Part shown: positions 20,090 through 30,058 of the stretch, piece after piece
Numbering within the stretch: position 1 is the stretch's first letter
Layout: every line of letters begins with the position of its first letter
Origin: an uncultured Thermoleophilia bacterium
GTDB lineage: Bacteria > Actinomycetota > Thermoleophilia > UBA2241
Length of the DNA stretch: 64,000 nucleotides
Direction: 5' to 3'
NCBI GenBank assembly: GCA_963715985.1
Contig: CAVQSP010000013.1
Coordinates: 480,001 to 544,000 of the forward strand
Notes under the pieces: model-generated
The model's input: the letters and a program-made list of their open reading frames with translations, nothing else
The model's database searches: none
Told to the model about the DNA's origin: nothing
Made by a program: the position numbers and the translations under genes

Positions 20090-20146
20090 GCTGCAGGCTC
20101 GCAGCGGGGCCCGCCGGCCTGCGGCGGGGGCGCCGGTGCGCGGCCG

Positions 20147-20755
20147 TCAGTGCGGGCGGACGACCCGGGTCTCGGTGACGATGGCGGTCACGGGCAGGTC
20201 GTGCGGCTCACACGGCAGGTCCTCGACCATCTGCGCATCGAAGGCCAGCGCCACGCGTGCCGCGTCCGGCCGCATCAGCGGCAGGAAGGTGTCGTAGAAG
20301 CCGCCGCCGTACCCGCAACGGTTGCCGGTCGCGTCGAACGCGGCGCCCGGCACCAGCACCGCGTCCACGTCCTGCGGGTCGACCAGCTCGCAGGCGTCGC
20401 ACGGCTCGGGGATGCCCCACGTGCCGGGCTCGAGCTCCGCGGCGGGGTCGCAGATGCGGAAGGCGGCCATGCGGCGGGGGCCGAGGATCCGCGGCAGGCA
20501 CACGACCTTGCCGGCGCCGAGCGCCCAGGCGATGAGCGGGTCGGTGTCGATCTCCGAGCGGAACGAGGCGAACAGCATGATCGTGGACGCCGCGACCAGC
20601 TCGGGCAGCGTCGCGGCGCGTTTGCAGATGGCTGCGCTCAGGCGAGCCCGATCCTCTGCCGGCAGGGCATCGCGGGCGGCCAGGGCGCTGTGGCGCAGGT
20701 CGTTCTTGGACGCGCAGGCGGGGGCCGGGTCGGGGCCGTGCTGTGGGTGCGGCAT
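20147..20755 (-). CDS. 5-formyltetrahydrofolate cyclo-ligase
   Basis: SEIDT, GIPEP, VLVPGAAFD..GNRCGYGGGFYD, PHDLPV..IVTE. Confidence 0.93.
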   Translation of the reverse strand: MPHPQHGPDPAPACASKNDLRHSALAARDALPAEDRARLSAAICKRAATLPELVAASTIMLFASFRSEIDTDPLIAWALGAGKVVCLPRILGPRRMAAFRICDPAAELEPGTWGIPEPCDACELVDPQDVDAVLVPGAAFDATGNRCGYGGGFYDTFLPLMRPDAARVALAFDAQMVEDLPCEPHDLPVTAIVTETRVVRPH

Positions 20756-20930
20756 GCGGGCGACCTCGCGTGTGTGTACCGGTGTGGCTACGCTTCGCGG
20801 CCGTGACGGCGATCGGCCGCGCCAGGCGTGCCGTTGTTCATCTATAGTATACGGGCGTGGTCGTAGGCGGGCTGCCCGACCACGCACGAGAGAGGGGCCG
20901 CGGCCGAGGGCCGCGGCCGAGAGGACGGGC

Positions 20931-22100
20931 ATGGCGCTTCGCTCGCAGGAAGAGATGTCGCTGGCGACGCTGTTCGCGCGTACGCTGCGCAACGTCATCG
21001 CGCTCACCGCGGCCGAGGACCGTCGCGTGTGGCCCACCGCCGACGAGATCGTGGAGCACACGCCGGCCGAGGTCACGGCGCCGGCGTCCCTCGTGAGGCT
21101 GTTCCAGTTCTGCCTGCTGCCGGGGATCCTCGGCGCCAGCGCCGGTCCGGCCATCTATCTGGCCGGCAAGCAGTTCAGCGCCGGCCTCGGGCTGCGCTCC
21201 ATCCAGGCGCTCAAGGAGTGGTTCGCGGCGATGGGTCTCGGCGACCTGGAGGTGGAGCTGGACGAGGAACGGGTGCTCGTCAAGCTCGCCCACTGCTTGA
21301 GCTGCTCGCGCCTGCCCGCCACCGGCACGGCCGTGTGCGACCTCGAACGGGGCATCGTCGACGGCGTGCTCGAGGGTATCCTCGGTACCGCGGTGGTGAC
21401 CAAGGAGACGCTCTGCTGGAGCCTCGGCGACACCGTCTGCCAGTTCGAGGGCTACGCCGGCGAGCAGCCCGGCTACGCCTACTACGAGAACGGGTTCCAC
21501 CCCGAGGCGCAGCGGCGCCTGCTCGCGCAACTCGCGGACCAGAGCGAGGTGGCGCTGGACAACCTGCGCCTCATCAGCGAACGCCGCGACCACGAGACTC
21601 ACGACGCACTCACCGGCCTGCTCAACTTCCGCCAGCTCCGCGAATACGCCGACGTCGAGCTGGCTCGGGCGGTGCGCCACGAGCGCAGCGTCGCCGTCGC
21701 GCTGCTCGACCTGGACGGCTTCCGTGCGGTCAACGAGGCGGTGGGGCGCGAGGGCGGCGACGAGGTGCTCTGCCACTGGGCCGCCGCCCTCACCGCGCAG
21801 CTGCGCAGCTGCGACTTCGTGTGCCGCTACGGCGCCGACGAGTTCGTGCTCGTGCTGCCGGAGACGGCCGAGCAGGAGGTCGAGGCCGTCCTCGCCCGCA
21901 TCCTGGGGACCACCGAGCAGCTCGCCGTGACGATCGCGGGCACGCCGTACACGCTCACGGCGTGCGCCGGTGTGGCCACCTTCCCGCGCGACGGCCGCAC
22001 CATCGAAGACCTCGTGGCCAAGGCCGCCACGACCATGTACGCGGCCCGCGCCGGAGGCCCGGGCCGCGTGGCCTTCTACTCTCGCCCGCCGCGTCGCTGA
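20931..22100 (+). CDS. V4R-domain diguanylate cyclase (GADEF variant)
   Basis: V4R: HCLSC...CDLERG...ETLCWSLGDTVCQF. GGDEF domain: DALTGLLN, DLDGFRAVN, RSCD I-site, RYGADEF. Confidence 0.87.
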   Translation: MALRSQEEMSLATLFARTLRNVIALTAAEDRRVWPTADEIVEHTPAEVTAPASLVRLFQFCLLPGILGASAGPAIYLAGKQFSAGLGLRSIQALKEWFAAMGLGDLEVELDEERVLVKLAHCLSCSRLPATGTAVCDLERGIVDGVLEGILGTAVVTKETLCWSLGDTVCQFEGYAGEQPGYAYYENGFHPEAQRRLLAQLADQSEVALDNLRLISERRDHETHDALTGLLNFRQLREYADVELARAVRHERSVAVALLDLDGFRAVNEAVGREGGDEVLCHWAAALTAQLRSCDFVCRYGADEFVLVLPETAEQEVEAVLARILGTTEQLAVTIAGTPYTLTACAGVATFPRDGRTIEDLVAKAATTMYAARAGGPGRVAFYSRPPRR

Positions 22101-22110
22101 GCGGCACCGG

Positions 22111-22575
22111 GTGGCCGCCCGCGTCGAGATCCTCGCGGTAGGATCCCTGCACCGCGACCTGGAGCCCGCCGCGCGCCACTACCTGGACCTGCTGCGGCCG
22201 CTGCTCACGGTGGGCGTCCGTGAAGTCAAAGAGGTGCCGCTGCGCGGGCGCGCGGAGGTGGAGGTGCTGCGCGAGGAGGGCGCGCGCCTGGTCGGCGCCT
22301 GGCCGCGCGTCCCGCTGGTCGCGGCCCTCGCGGTCGACGGCCGTGCCCTGGACACCGAGGCGTTCGCCGCCTGGCTGCAGCGCGGCTTCGAGCGCGGCGG
22401 CGTCGGCTTCGTGATCGGCGGCTCGCTGGGCCTCGGCGACGAGGTGCAGACGCGCGCCGGCGAGCGGCTTTCGCTCTCGGCGCTCACGCTGCCTCACCAG
22501 CTGGCGCGTGTGGTGCTCCTGGAGCAACTGTTCCGCTCCGCCAAGATCCTGCGCGGCGAGCCGTACCACCACTGA
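22111..22575 (+). CDS. rlmH: 23S rRNA pseudouridine-1915 N3-methyltransferase
   Basis: FVIGGSLG, LSLSALTLPHQLARVVLLEQLFRS..I..GEPYHH. Confidence 0.93.
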   Translation: MAARVEILAVGSLHRDLEPAARHYLDLLRPLLTVGVREVKEVPLRGRAEVEVLREEGARLVGAWPRVPLVAALAVDGRALDTEAFAAWLQRGFERGGVGFVIGGSLGLGDEVQTRAGERLSLSALTLPHQLARVVLLEQLFRSAKILRGEPYHH

Positions 22576-22690
22576 GCCGCCTCGCGGCTCGCGCCGCCGC
22601 CGGTCTCGTCGCGTCGCCCGGCGGGGGCCGCTAGAATGAGCATCCGCGCCGGCGTCCCGCCGGCGCGCTACCACGGAGCGGGTGTGACGC

Positions 22691-24443
22691 ATGACTGACG
22701 ATCTCTTCGACCTGAGCGGCCTCGCCGCGTCGCTGGGCAGGACCCTGGCGGACGTGCTGGCCGAGGCCGGCAAGCCGCAGGCCACGGCGCCGGCCGTGGA
22801 GCTGGCCATCGCGGCACGGCCCGAGCACGGTGACCTGACCACCAACGCGGCGCTGGTAAGTGCCAAGAAGGCCGGAATGCCCCCGCGCGATCTGGCGACC
22901 GCCCTCGGCGAGCGCTGGCTGGCCGGCCCCGGGGCCGGCCTCTGCGAACGCGTGGAGGTGGCCGGACCGGGCTTCCTCAACCTCTTCCTCACCGACGCCT
23001 GGTACGCCGGCGCCGTGCGCCGTGTGCTCGCGGAGGGCGCGGACTACGGGCGCGGCGCCCTGGCCGCCGAGGCGCGCACGAAGATGAACGTGGAGTTCGT
23101 GAGCGTGAACCCCACCGGCCCGCTGCACGTGGGTCACGCTCGTTACGCGTCCTACGGCGACGCGCTCTGCCGCATCTTCGCCTTCGTCGGCCACGACGTG
23201 ACACGCGAGTTCTACGTGAACGACTTCGGCACGCAGATGACGCGCTTCGCACAGTCGCTGGCGGCCCGCTACGGCCAGCGCCTGGGCCTCGACGCGGCGG
23301 TCCCCGAGGAGGGCTACCAGGGGGAGTACCTCCTCGACCTCGCCGACGCCTTCATCGCCGAGCGCGGCGACGAGTACCGCGACGCCGTCGCCGCCGCCTG
23401 CCCGGACATGGAGGCGCTCGGACGCCGCCGCCCTCGAGGGCTTCAAGACCTGGGGCCGCGACGCCATCCTCGCCCAGTTCCGCGCCACCCTCGAACGCCT
23501 GCGGGTGCCGTTCGACGTCTGGGCCCACGAGAGCGCCCTCTACAGCGGCGAGGGCGAGCACCGCGGCTTCGTCGGGGAGGTGGGCAACGCCCTGGCCGAC
23601 CTCGACGGCGAGAAGCTCCTGTACGACGAAGAAGGCGCCGTGTGGCTGCGCACCACCGAGTTCGGCGACGACAAGGACCGCGTGCTCATCCGTTCGACCG
23701 GCGATCCCACGTACTTCCTCAGCGACATCGCCTACCACCGCGACAAGATGGACCGCGGCTTCGCGCACCTGATCGACATCTGGGGTGCCGACCACCACGG
23801 CTACGTGCCGCGCATGAAGGCCGCATTCACGGCCCTGCCGCCGCACGATCCCGAGCGCCTGGAGCTCATCATCGGGCAGCTGGTGAACCTGCTGGAGAGC
23901 GGCGAGGCCAAGCGTATGAGCAAGCGCAAGGGCGACATCGTGACGGTGGACGACCTCATCGACGCCATCGGCGTGGACGCGGCCCGCTTCCTCCTCGTGG
24001 GGCGTTCGCACGACACCACCCTGGAGCTCGACATCGACGTGGCCCGCGAGCAGTCCAACAAGAACCCCGTGTACTACGTGCAGTATGCGCACGCGCGCAT
24101 CTGCAGCATCCTGCGCAACCTGGGCGCGGAGGGTGGGGGAGACGAGCCGGGCGGAGAGGTGCCGGCCGCCGTCGCGGTGGGCCCCCACGAGCGCGCCCTG
24201 GTGCGGGCCCTGGCGCGCTACCCGTCGGTGCTGCTGACGGCCACCGACAGCCGCGCGCCGCACCGCCTGAACACGTACCTCAGCGAGCTCGCGGCCGAGT
24301 TCCACGTCTTCTACCGGCACTGCCGCGTGCTCGTGGACGAGGCCGACGTCTCGGCGTTCCGCGCCGGACTGTGCCGGGCCACGCGCGACGTGCTCGCCGG
24401 CGGTCTGGCCCTGCTCGGAGTGACGGCTCCGGAGACCATGTGA
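22691..24443 (+). CDS. argS: Arginyl-tRNA synthetase; one frameshift near 23421
   Basis: VEFVSVNPTGPLHVGH, EFYVND, GDDKDRVL, WGADHHGY, MSKRKG, NPVYYVQYAHAR. Confidence 0.95.
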
Positions 24444-24486
24444 GGCGAAGGGGCGGGGCGGACGCAGTCCGCCCCGCCCCTTCGCC
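24444..24486. terminator. 20-bp-stem hairpin between convergent genes
   Basis: ggcgaaggggcggggcggac-gca-gtccgccccgccccttcgcc. Confidence 0.75.
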
Positions 24487-24498
24487 GGCTCGTTCGGC

Positions 24499-24921
24499 CT
24501 AGGCGCCGAACCGCTGCCGCACCCAGTCGCGCAGTTCGGCGGTCTCCTCCGGGCCGAGCTCCCTGTCGAGGCGCAGCATCTGGGACACCGCTATGTTGTA
24601 CTGGCCGTTGAGCAGACGGTCCACGACGCTGTCGAGCACCGTCTTCACGACCTCGCGGCCCGGGATCGCCGGGGTGTAGACGTAGGCCACGCCGCCCTTG
24701 TCCTGGTCCAGCAGGTGCTTCTTGACCAGATTGTTCATCACCGTCATCACCGTGGTGTAGGCGATCTGACGCCTCGCCCGCAGCGTCTCGTACACCTCGC
24801 GCACGGTGGTGCTGCCAAGCTGCCACACCACGGCGAGGATGTCCGCTTCCAGCGATCCGATGCCGGTGAACGGCGCGCCCTTCGTGCTGCGCATCCATGT
24901 GGGCTGGGTGGGCTGATCCAT
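24499..24921 (-). CDS. BlaI/MecI/CopY-family repressor
   Basis: GSLEADILAVVW, TVREV, AYTTVMTVMNNLVKK, AYVY. Confidence 0.9.
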   Translation of the reverse strand: MDQPTQPTWMRSTKGAPFTGIGSLEADILAVVWQLGSTTVREVYETLRARRQIAYTTVMTVMNNLVKKHLLDQDKGGVAYVYTPAIPGREVVKTVLDSVVDRLLNGQYNIAVSQMLRLDRELGPEETAELRDWVRQRFGA

Positions 24922-25122
24922 CTCGGCTCCCTCCGGCCGGCCGACTCCCGTACGTGCGTCCGCGCCCCGCGACGCACTACGAACTTAGGTGTACGTATTC
25001 CCCACTCGCGCAAGTCCACGCCCATTCGCCGTTTCGAGTCGCCCGGCGTGATGGACCGCGTGACCATGTAGAATCGGTGACCGTTGCATCGACAGCCACC
25101 GCGGTGGCGAGGAGGTCCTGCC

Positions 25123-26190
25123 GTGCCCGCCGACTTCGGACTGCTGCGCGCCCTGTGTCTCGCGCCGGGGCCCTCGGGGTTCGAGGCTTCCGTCCAGGAG
25201 GTCGTCCGCGAGCGCCTGTCGCCGCTCGGAGAGGCGTCCGGCGACCCGCTGGGCAACGTGTGGCTCGAGGTGGGCGCCGGCGACGGGCCGCGGATCACCG
25301 TGGCCGCGCACGCCGACCAGATCGGCCTCATCGTCACCTTCGTGGACGAGCACGGCTACCTCTCCGTGGAGAAGATCGGCGGCGTGGCGCCGCTGCTGGT
25401 ACCGGGCCGCGAGTTCGTGGTGCACGGGAGGAGCGGCCCGGTCCACGCCGTGGGTGGGCGCAAGCCCACGCACATCATCCCCGAGGCGGATCGTGACAAG
25501 GCGCCTCCCCTGCACGAGCAGTTCCTCGACATCGGGGCCGCTACCCGCGAGGAGGCCCTGGAGCGCGTCGCCGTCGGCGACCCGATCACGTTCGCGCCCG
25601 GCTTCGTGGAGCTCGCGCCGGGCGTCGTGGCGACCCAGGCGCTGGACGACCGCGCCGGCATGTACGTCATGGTGCGCGCTCTCGAGCTCTACGCCGAGAC
25701 TCCCGGCGGCTCCCGTCTCACCGGCCTCTCGACCGTGCACGAGGAGACCACCTTCATGGGCGCCAAGGCGCAGGCTCTGCGCGCTGCGCCGGACGTGTTC
25801 ATCGTCATCGACGCCGACTTCGCCAGCGACACACCGGCCGCCGATGCCAAACGCCTGGCCGGCCAGGTGCGGCTGGGCGGCGGCCCGGTGCTGGGGCGCG
25901 GAGCCGGCAGCAACCACACGCTCCTCGACCTGGCCGTGGCTGCCGCCGCGGCCGAGGGCGTGCCGGTGCAGGTCAAGGCGGCGCCCGAGGCCACGTCCAC
26001 CGACGCCGACGAGCTCATGGCCGCGGGCACGGCGGCCACGCTCTCGCTGAGCTTCCCGGTGCGGTACATGCACTCGCCGTTCGAAGTCGCCCACGGCGAC
26101 GATCTGGAGGCCGCCGCCGTGCTCGTGGCCGCCCTCGCCCGGCGCCTCGGCGAACCCGGCGCCGCCGTCAGCTTCACACCGCGCGCCTAG
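25123..26190 (+). CDS. M42-family aminopeptidase
   Basis: GPSGFE, AHADQIG, ALDDRAG, TVHEET, STDAD, RYMHSPFE. Confidence 0.9.
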   Translation: MPADFGLLRALCLAPGPSGFEASVQEVVRERLSPLGEASGDPLGNVWLEVGAGDGPRITVAAHADQIGLIVTFVDEHGYLSVEKIGGVAPLLVPGREFVVHGRSGPVHAVGGRKPTHIIPEADRDKAPPLHEQFLDIGAATREEALERVAVGDPITFAPGFVELAPGVVATQALDDRAGMYVMVRALELYAETPGGSRLTGLSTVHEETTFMGAKAQALRAAPDVFIVIDADFASDTPAADAKRLAGQVRLGGGPVLGRGAGSNHTLLDLAVAAAAAEGVPVQVKAAPEATSTDADELMAAGTAATLSLSFPVRYMHSPFEVAHGDDLEAAAVLVAALARRLGEPGAAVSFTPRA

Positions 26191-26256
26191 GGCGCGGCGC
26201 GTCCCGCGCCGCGCCCGCACGCTTCGACCGCCGCCAGGGGCGGCAGGGAGGGCCCC

Positions 26257-27072
26257 GTGAGAGTGTTCGTCGCCATCGACCTCGAGGGCATCACCGGCGT
26301 CGTCTCCGAGCAGGACACGGCGCGCAGCGGACCGGCGGCCGAGGCGGCGCGCCGTCATATGCGCGCCGACCTGGACGCGGTCCTGGCCGGCTGCCTCGCC
26401 GCCGGAGCCCGCGAGATCGTCGTGAGCGACGCTCACGACGACGGCCGCAACCTCGACCCCTCCGGACTCCCGGACTCCGTCGTCCTCGTCTCGGGCCCGG
26501 CGGCGCCGCACAGCATGGTGCAGGGCATCGGCCCGGGCTTCGCCGGCGCCTTGTTCGTGGGCTACCACGCCCGCGCCGGCACCGAGGCGGCCGTCCTCGA
26601 GCACACCTGGAACTACAAGGTGTTCTCGGCCCGCTTCGGCGACCTCGAGGTGGGCGAGTTCGGGATGGGAGCGCTCGTGGCCGGGCACTACGGCGTGCCC
26701 GCCACGTACGTCTCCGGCGACGACAAGACTGCACTGGAGGCCGAGGAGCTCGTGCCCGGCATCGTGACCACGGTCGTCAAGCGCGGCCTCACGCGCCTCT
26801 CCGCCGAGCTCTGCGCCGCGGACGAGGCGCGCGCACGGCTGCGGGCCGACGCCGAGCGCGCCGTGCGTGCCGCGCCCAGCCTCGCGCCGCTGCTGTGGAA
26901 CGGCCGGCCGCTACGTCTCGAGTTCACGCGCGTGGAGTTCTGCGACCGCGCCGCGGCCTGCCCGGGTGTGCGCCGGCTGGATGGGCGCACGCTGGAGATC
27001 GCCGGCGCCGACGTGGAGCAGATCTACCGCGGCTTCCTCGCCTGCACGCGCCTCTCCGACCTGGAGGATTGA
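26257..27072 (+). CDS. M55-family D-aminopeptidase (DppA-like)
   Basis: DLEGITGV, VSDAH, FVGYHARAG, LEHT, SGDD. Confidence 0.9.
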   Translation: MRVFVAIDLEGITGVVSEQDTARSGPAAEAARRHMRADLDAVLAGCLAAGAREIVVSDAHDDGRNLDPSGLPDSVVLVSGPAAPHSMVQGIGPGFAGALFVGYHARAGTEAAVLEHTWNYKVFSARFGDLEVGEFGMGALVAGHYGVPATYVSGDDKTALEAEELVPGIVTTVVKRGLTRLSAELCAADEARARLRADAERAVRAAPSLAPLLWNGRPLRLEFTRVEFCDRAAACPGVRRLDGRTLEIAGADVEQIYRGFLACTRLSDLED

Positions 27073-27130
27073 CCGGGCGGCCGCCGTCCAGTTGCGAGGC
27101 CGCCGTACGTGTGGTGAACTAGGTCCGCGA

Positions 27131-27206
27131 GCGGATGTAGTGTAGCTGGTAACACGTCAGCTTCCCAAGCTGAAGACCGCGGGTTCGAGCCCCGTCATCC
27201 GCTCCA
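27131..27206 (+). tRNA. tRNA-Gly (anticodon CCC)
   Basis: Acceptor stem GCGGATG/CATCCGC, D stem GTGT/ACAC, anticodon stem TCAGC/GCTGA with loop TTCCCAA, GGTTCGA T-loop, encoded CCA. Confidence 0.97.
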
Positions 27207-27279
27207 GCCCCACCCTTCCTCCCTCCCGGTCGGGCCACGTCCCGGTGCTCTCGCGGACGGGCCTTCGTCGGCATGCCTC

Positions 27280-27328
27280 TTGACCAAAGTCAGGGTTCCC
27301 TGAGGGCGAAGATTAGGCTATCCTAATC
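27280..27328 (+). promoter_or_regulatory. FNR/Crp-like box plus a DtxR/SirR-type operator upstream of the dtxR-feoB operon
   Basis: TTGACCAAAGTCAG at 27280-27293; GATTAGG-CTAT-CCTAATC at 27311-27328, overlapping TAGGCT and TATCCT -10 candidates. Confidence 0.65.
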
Positions 27329-27391
27329 ACGTGGTGGCACGCGCTCGTCCGGGCGGTGCCGGGAGCCACGTCCACGCAAGGGAGGAGACCC

Positions 27392-28048
27392 GTGACCACG
27401 CGCACGCACGGCACCGACGAGTACCTCGAGGCGATCTTCAAACTCGAACGCGGCGGCGACCCCGTGACGGTCAAGCGTCTCGCCGCCGAGCTGGGGTTCA
27501 CGCCGCCGTCGGTGTCCGAGATGCTGGTGCGCCTGCGCGCGGCCGGAATGGTGGAGACGCGCGGCGACGCCGGCATCCGGCTCACGCCGGCCGGCGAGAA
27601 GGAGGGCGCCAGTCTGGTGCGCCGTCATCGCCTCAGCGAGCGCTTCCTCGTGGACTACCTCGGCATGCCGTGGGACGCGGTGCACGACGAGGCCTGCAAG
27701 CTGGAGCACGTGCTCAGCCCGGAGGTGGAGGCGCGGCTGGCCGAGCAGCTCGGCGACCCGCGCACGTGCCCGCACGGGCACGTCATCCCGCAGGAGGACG
27801 GCTCGCTGCCGGAAGAGGAGCTGCGCCCGCTGTCCGACCTCGACGTGGGCGACGCCGCGGTGATCGGCTGCATCGCGGAGGAGAGCGGGGACTTCCTGCG
27901 CTACCTCGGCACGCTGGGACTCCTGCCGGACACCCCGGTCGAGGTCGAGAGCGTGGCGCCGTTCGGCGGCCCGCTGCTGGTGCGCGTGGCCGGCTGCCAG
28001 TACGCCCTGGGGCGTGAGGTGGCCGGCAAGATCCTCGTGCGCGACTAG
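27392..28048 (+). CDS. DtxR/MntR-family metal-dependent repressor with a C-terminal FeoA domain
   Basis: DEYLEAIFKL, PPSVSEML, RRHRLSERFL, EACKLEH, CPHGHVIP, LGLLPDT..V...APFGGP. Confidence 0.93.
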   Translation: MTTRTHGTDEYLEAIFKLERGGDPVTVKRLAAELGFTPPSVSEMLVRLRAAGMVETRGDAGIRLTPAGEKEGASLVRRHRLSERFLVDYLGMPWDAVHDEACKLEHVLSPEVEARLAEQLGDPRTCPHGHVIPQEDGSLPEEELRPLSDLDVGDAAVIGCIAEESGDFLRYLGTLGLLPDTPVEVESVAPFGGPLLVRVAGCQYALGREVAGKILVRD

Positions 28049-28051
28049 CCT

Positions 28052-30058
28052 GTGGCCACAGTCCTTTCATCCTCCCGGCGAGCGCGCCGGTCCCAGGCGG
28101 GGCAACAGCCGCTGGTCGTGTGTGTGGCCGGCAACCCCAACGTCGGCAAGACCTCGCTCTACAACGCGCTCACCGGCGGCGTCGGCGAGACCGCCAACTA
28201 CGCCGGCGTGAGCGTCGAGGCCGCGAGCCTGTGCACCCACTGGGGCGAGCGCCGCGTGGAGGTAGTCGACCTTCCGGGCGCCTACGCGCTCGAGGGCCAC
28301 TCCGAGGACCAGCGCGCCGCCCGCGACGAGTTGCTCGCCCGGGAGCCGGACGTGGTGGTGGCCGTGGCCGACGCCACCAACCTCGCTCGCAGCCTCTATC
28401 TGCCGCTGCAGCTGATCGACCTCGGCTATCGCGTCGCCCTTGCAGTCAACCTGAGCGACGAGGCGCGGCGACGCAACCGCGAGCCGGACCCGCGCATCCT
28501 CGGGGACCAGCTGGGCGTCCCGGTGGTGGCCACCGTCGCACCGCGCGGGCACGGCCTGCCCGCCTTGCAGGCGGCCGCGCTCGAGGTGGCCGCCATCGAC
28601 GCCGCCGTGGACCCGCGCTGGCATGAGCGCGGCACGCCGCTGCCGCCGGCCGTGGAGGCGCGCCTCGCGACGCTGGCGGACGCGGTGGAGGCGCGCGCCG
28701 GGGCCGCCGGCCTGCCCGGCGGCCTGTCTGCGCGCGCCGCGGCGCTGGCGGTGCTCGAGGGCGACGCGGCTATCGACGGCATGCTGGGGCTGTCCTCCGG
28801 CGGCGTCCTCACGGCCGCCGACGACGGCTTCGCCATGGAGATCGCCAAGGCCCGGCACGCGGAGGCACGCCGCCTCGCGGCGGCGGCGCAGGCGCCCGCG
28901 CCGCGGGCCGGCTCCGACACGTTGTGGCGCCTCACCACGTCGCCGCGCACCGGCATCCCCATCATGATCGGCGTCGTCGCAGCGATGTTCCTCACGCTCT
29001 TCGTGGTCGGCGAGGTGCTGTCGCGCCTGCTCACCGGCGCGTGGACGGCGTGGATCTCCCCCGCCGTCGTGTCGGCAGTCCAGGCGGTGCTCGGCGACGG
29101 CACGGTCGGCAGGGTCGTCCTGTGGGGCATCGACGGCGGCATCCTGGCGACGCTCGCCGTCGGCATCCCGTACATCCTCACCTTCTACCTCATCCTCGCG
29201 CTGGTGGAGGACTCGGGGTACATGAACGCCGCCGCGTTCCTGAGCGACCGCGTGATGCATCGCTTCGGGCTGCACGGGCGCGCCATCATGCCGCTCATCG
29301 CCGCCGGCGGGTGCAACGTGCCGGCGGTCATCGCCACGCGCACGCTCTCCAACCCCCGCGAGCGCTTCATCGCCTCGGTGCTCGCCACGCTCACGCCGTG
29401 CAGCGCCCGCACCGCCGTGATCATCGGCGCCGTGGCCGGCGTCGCGGGCTGGCAGTACGCGCTGCTCACCTACGGCGTGCTGCTCGTCGTGATGGTCGGC
29501 GCCGGGCTCGTACTGAACCGTCTCCTCCCCGGCGAGGAGGGCGCGCTGGTCATGGAGATGTTCCCGTTCCGGCGCCCCGTGCTGCGGCAGGTGCTGCGCA
29601 AGACGTGGCGCCGCTTCCGCGAGTTCGTGTGGGACGCGGCGCCCATCATCATCCTCGGCAGCATGGCGCTGGGCATCCTCTACGAGACCGGGATCGTGTG
29701 GAAGCTCGAGCCCATCATGGCGCCCGTGGTGCAGGGCTGGCTGCTGCTGCCGGCGGTCGCCGGCCTCACGCTGGTCTTCGCCGTGCTGCGCAAGGAGATG
29801 GCGCTGCAGCTCCTGCTCGTGTTCGCGGCCGTGCAGGCCGGCGGCGCGGTGGTGAGCATCTCCAGCATCATGACCACGTCGCAGATCGTGACCTACGCCA
29901 TCGTCAACGCGATCTACATCCCGTGTCTCGCCACCATCACCGTGCTCGGGCGCGTGGTGGGCTGGAAGCGCACGGTCTACATCATCGCCGGGACCATCGT
30001 CCTGGCGCTCGCGGTGGGCGGCGTGGTGGCCCGGCTGCTGCCGCTCATCAGCGCCTGA
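28052..30058 (+). CDS. feoB: Ferrous iron transporter B
   Basis: GNPNVGKT, NYAGVSVE, DLPGAY, EDSGYM, GCNVPA, PCSAR, YIPCLAT. Confidence 0.93.
   Translation: MATVLSSSRRARRSQAGQQPLVVCVAGNPNVGKTSLYNALTGGVGETANYAGVSVEAASLCTHWGERRVEVVDLPGAYALEGHSEDQRAARDELLAREPDVVVAVADATNLARSLYLPLQLIDLGYRVALAVNLSDEARRRNREPDPRILGDQLGVPVVATVAPRGHGLPALQAAALEVAAIDAAVDPRWHERGTPLPPAVEARLATLADAVEARAGAAGLPGGLSARAAALAVLEGDAAIDGMLGLSSGGVLTAADDGFAMEIAKARHAEARRLAAAAQAPAPRAGSDTLWRLTTSPRTGIPIMIGVVAAMFLTLFVVGEVLSRLLTGAWTAWISPAVVSAVQAVLGDGTVGRVVLWGIDGGILATLAVGIPYILTFYLILALVEDSGYMNAAAFLSDRVMHRFGLHGRAIMPLIAAGGCNVPAVIATRTLSNPRERFIASVLATLTPCSARTAVIIGAVAGVAGWQYALLTYGVLLVVMVGAGLVLNRLLPGEEGALVMEMFPFRRPVLRQVLRKTWRRFREFVWDAAPIIILGSMALGILYETGIVWKLEPIMAPVVQGWLLLPAVAGLTLVFAVLRKEMALQLLLVFAAVQAGGAVVSISSIMTTSQIVTYAIVNAIYIPCLATITVLGRVVGWKRTVYIIAGTIVLALAVGGVVARLLPLISA

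Noticed and set aside
20756-20930. 6S RNA upstream of the 5-formyl-THF cyclo-ligase gene
   Set aside because: That linkage is common, but I could not see a long closing duplex with a central bubble, and the gap also has to hold divergent promoters. An Infernal search would decide.
27131-27280. tRNA-Gly as the integration site of an island
   Set aside because: No integrase and no duplicated tRNA 3' end were seen in the window
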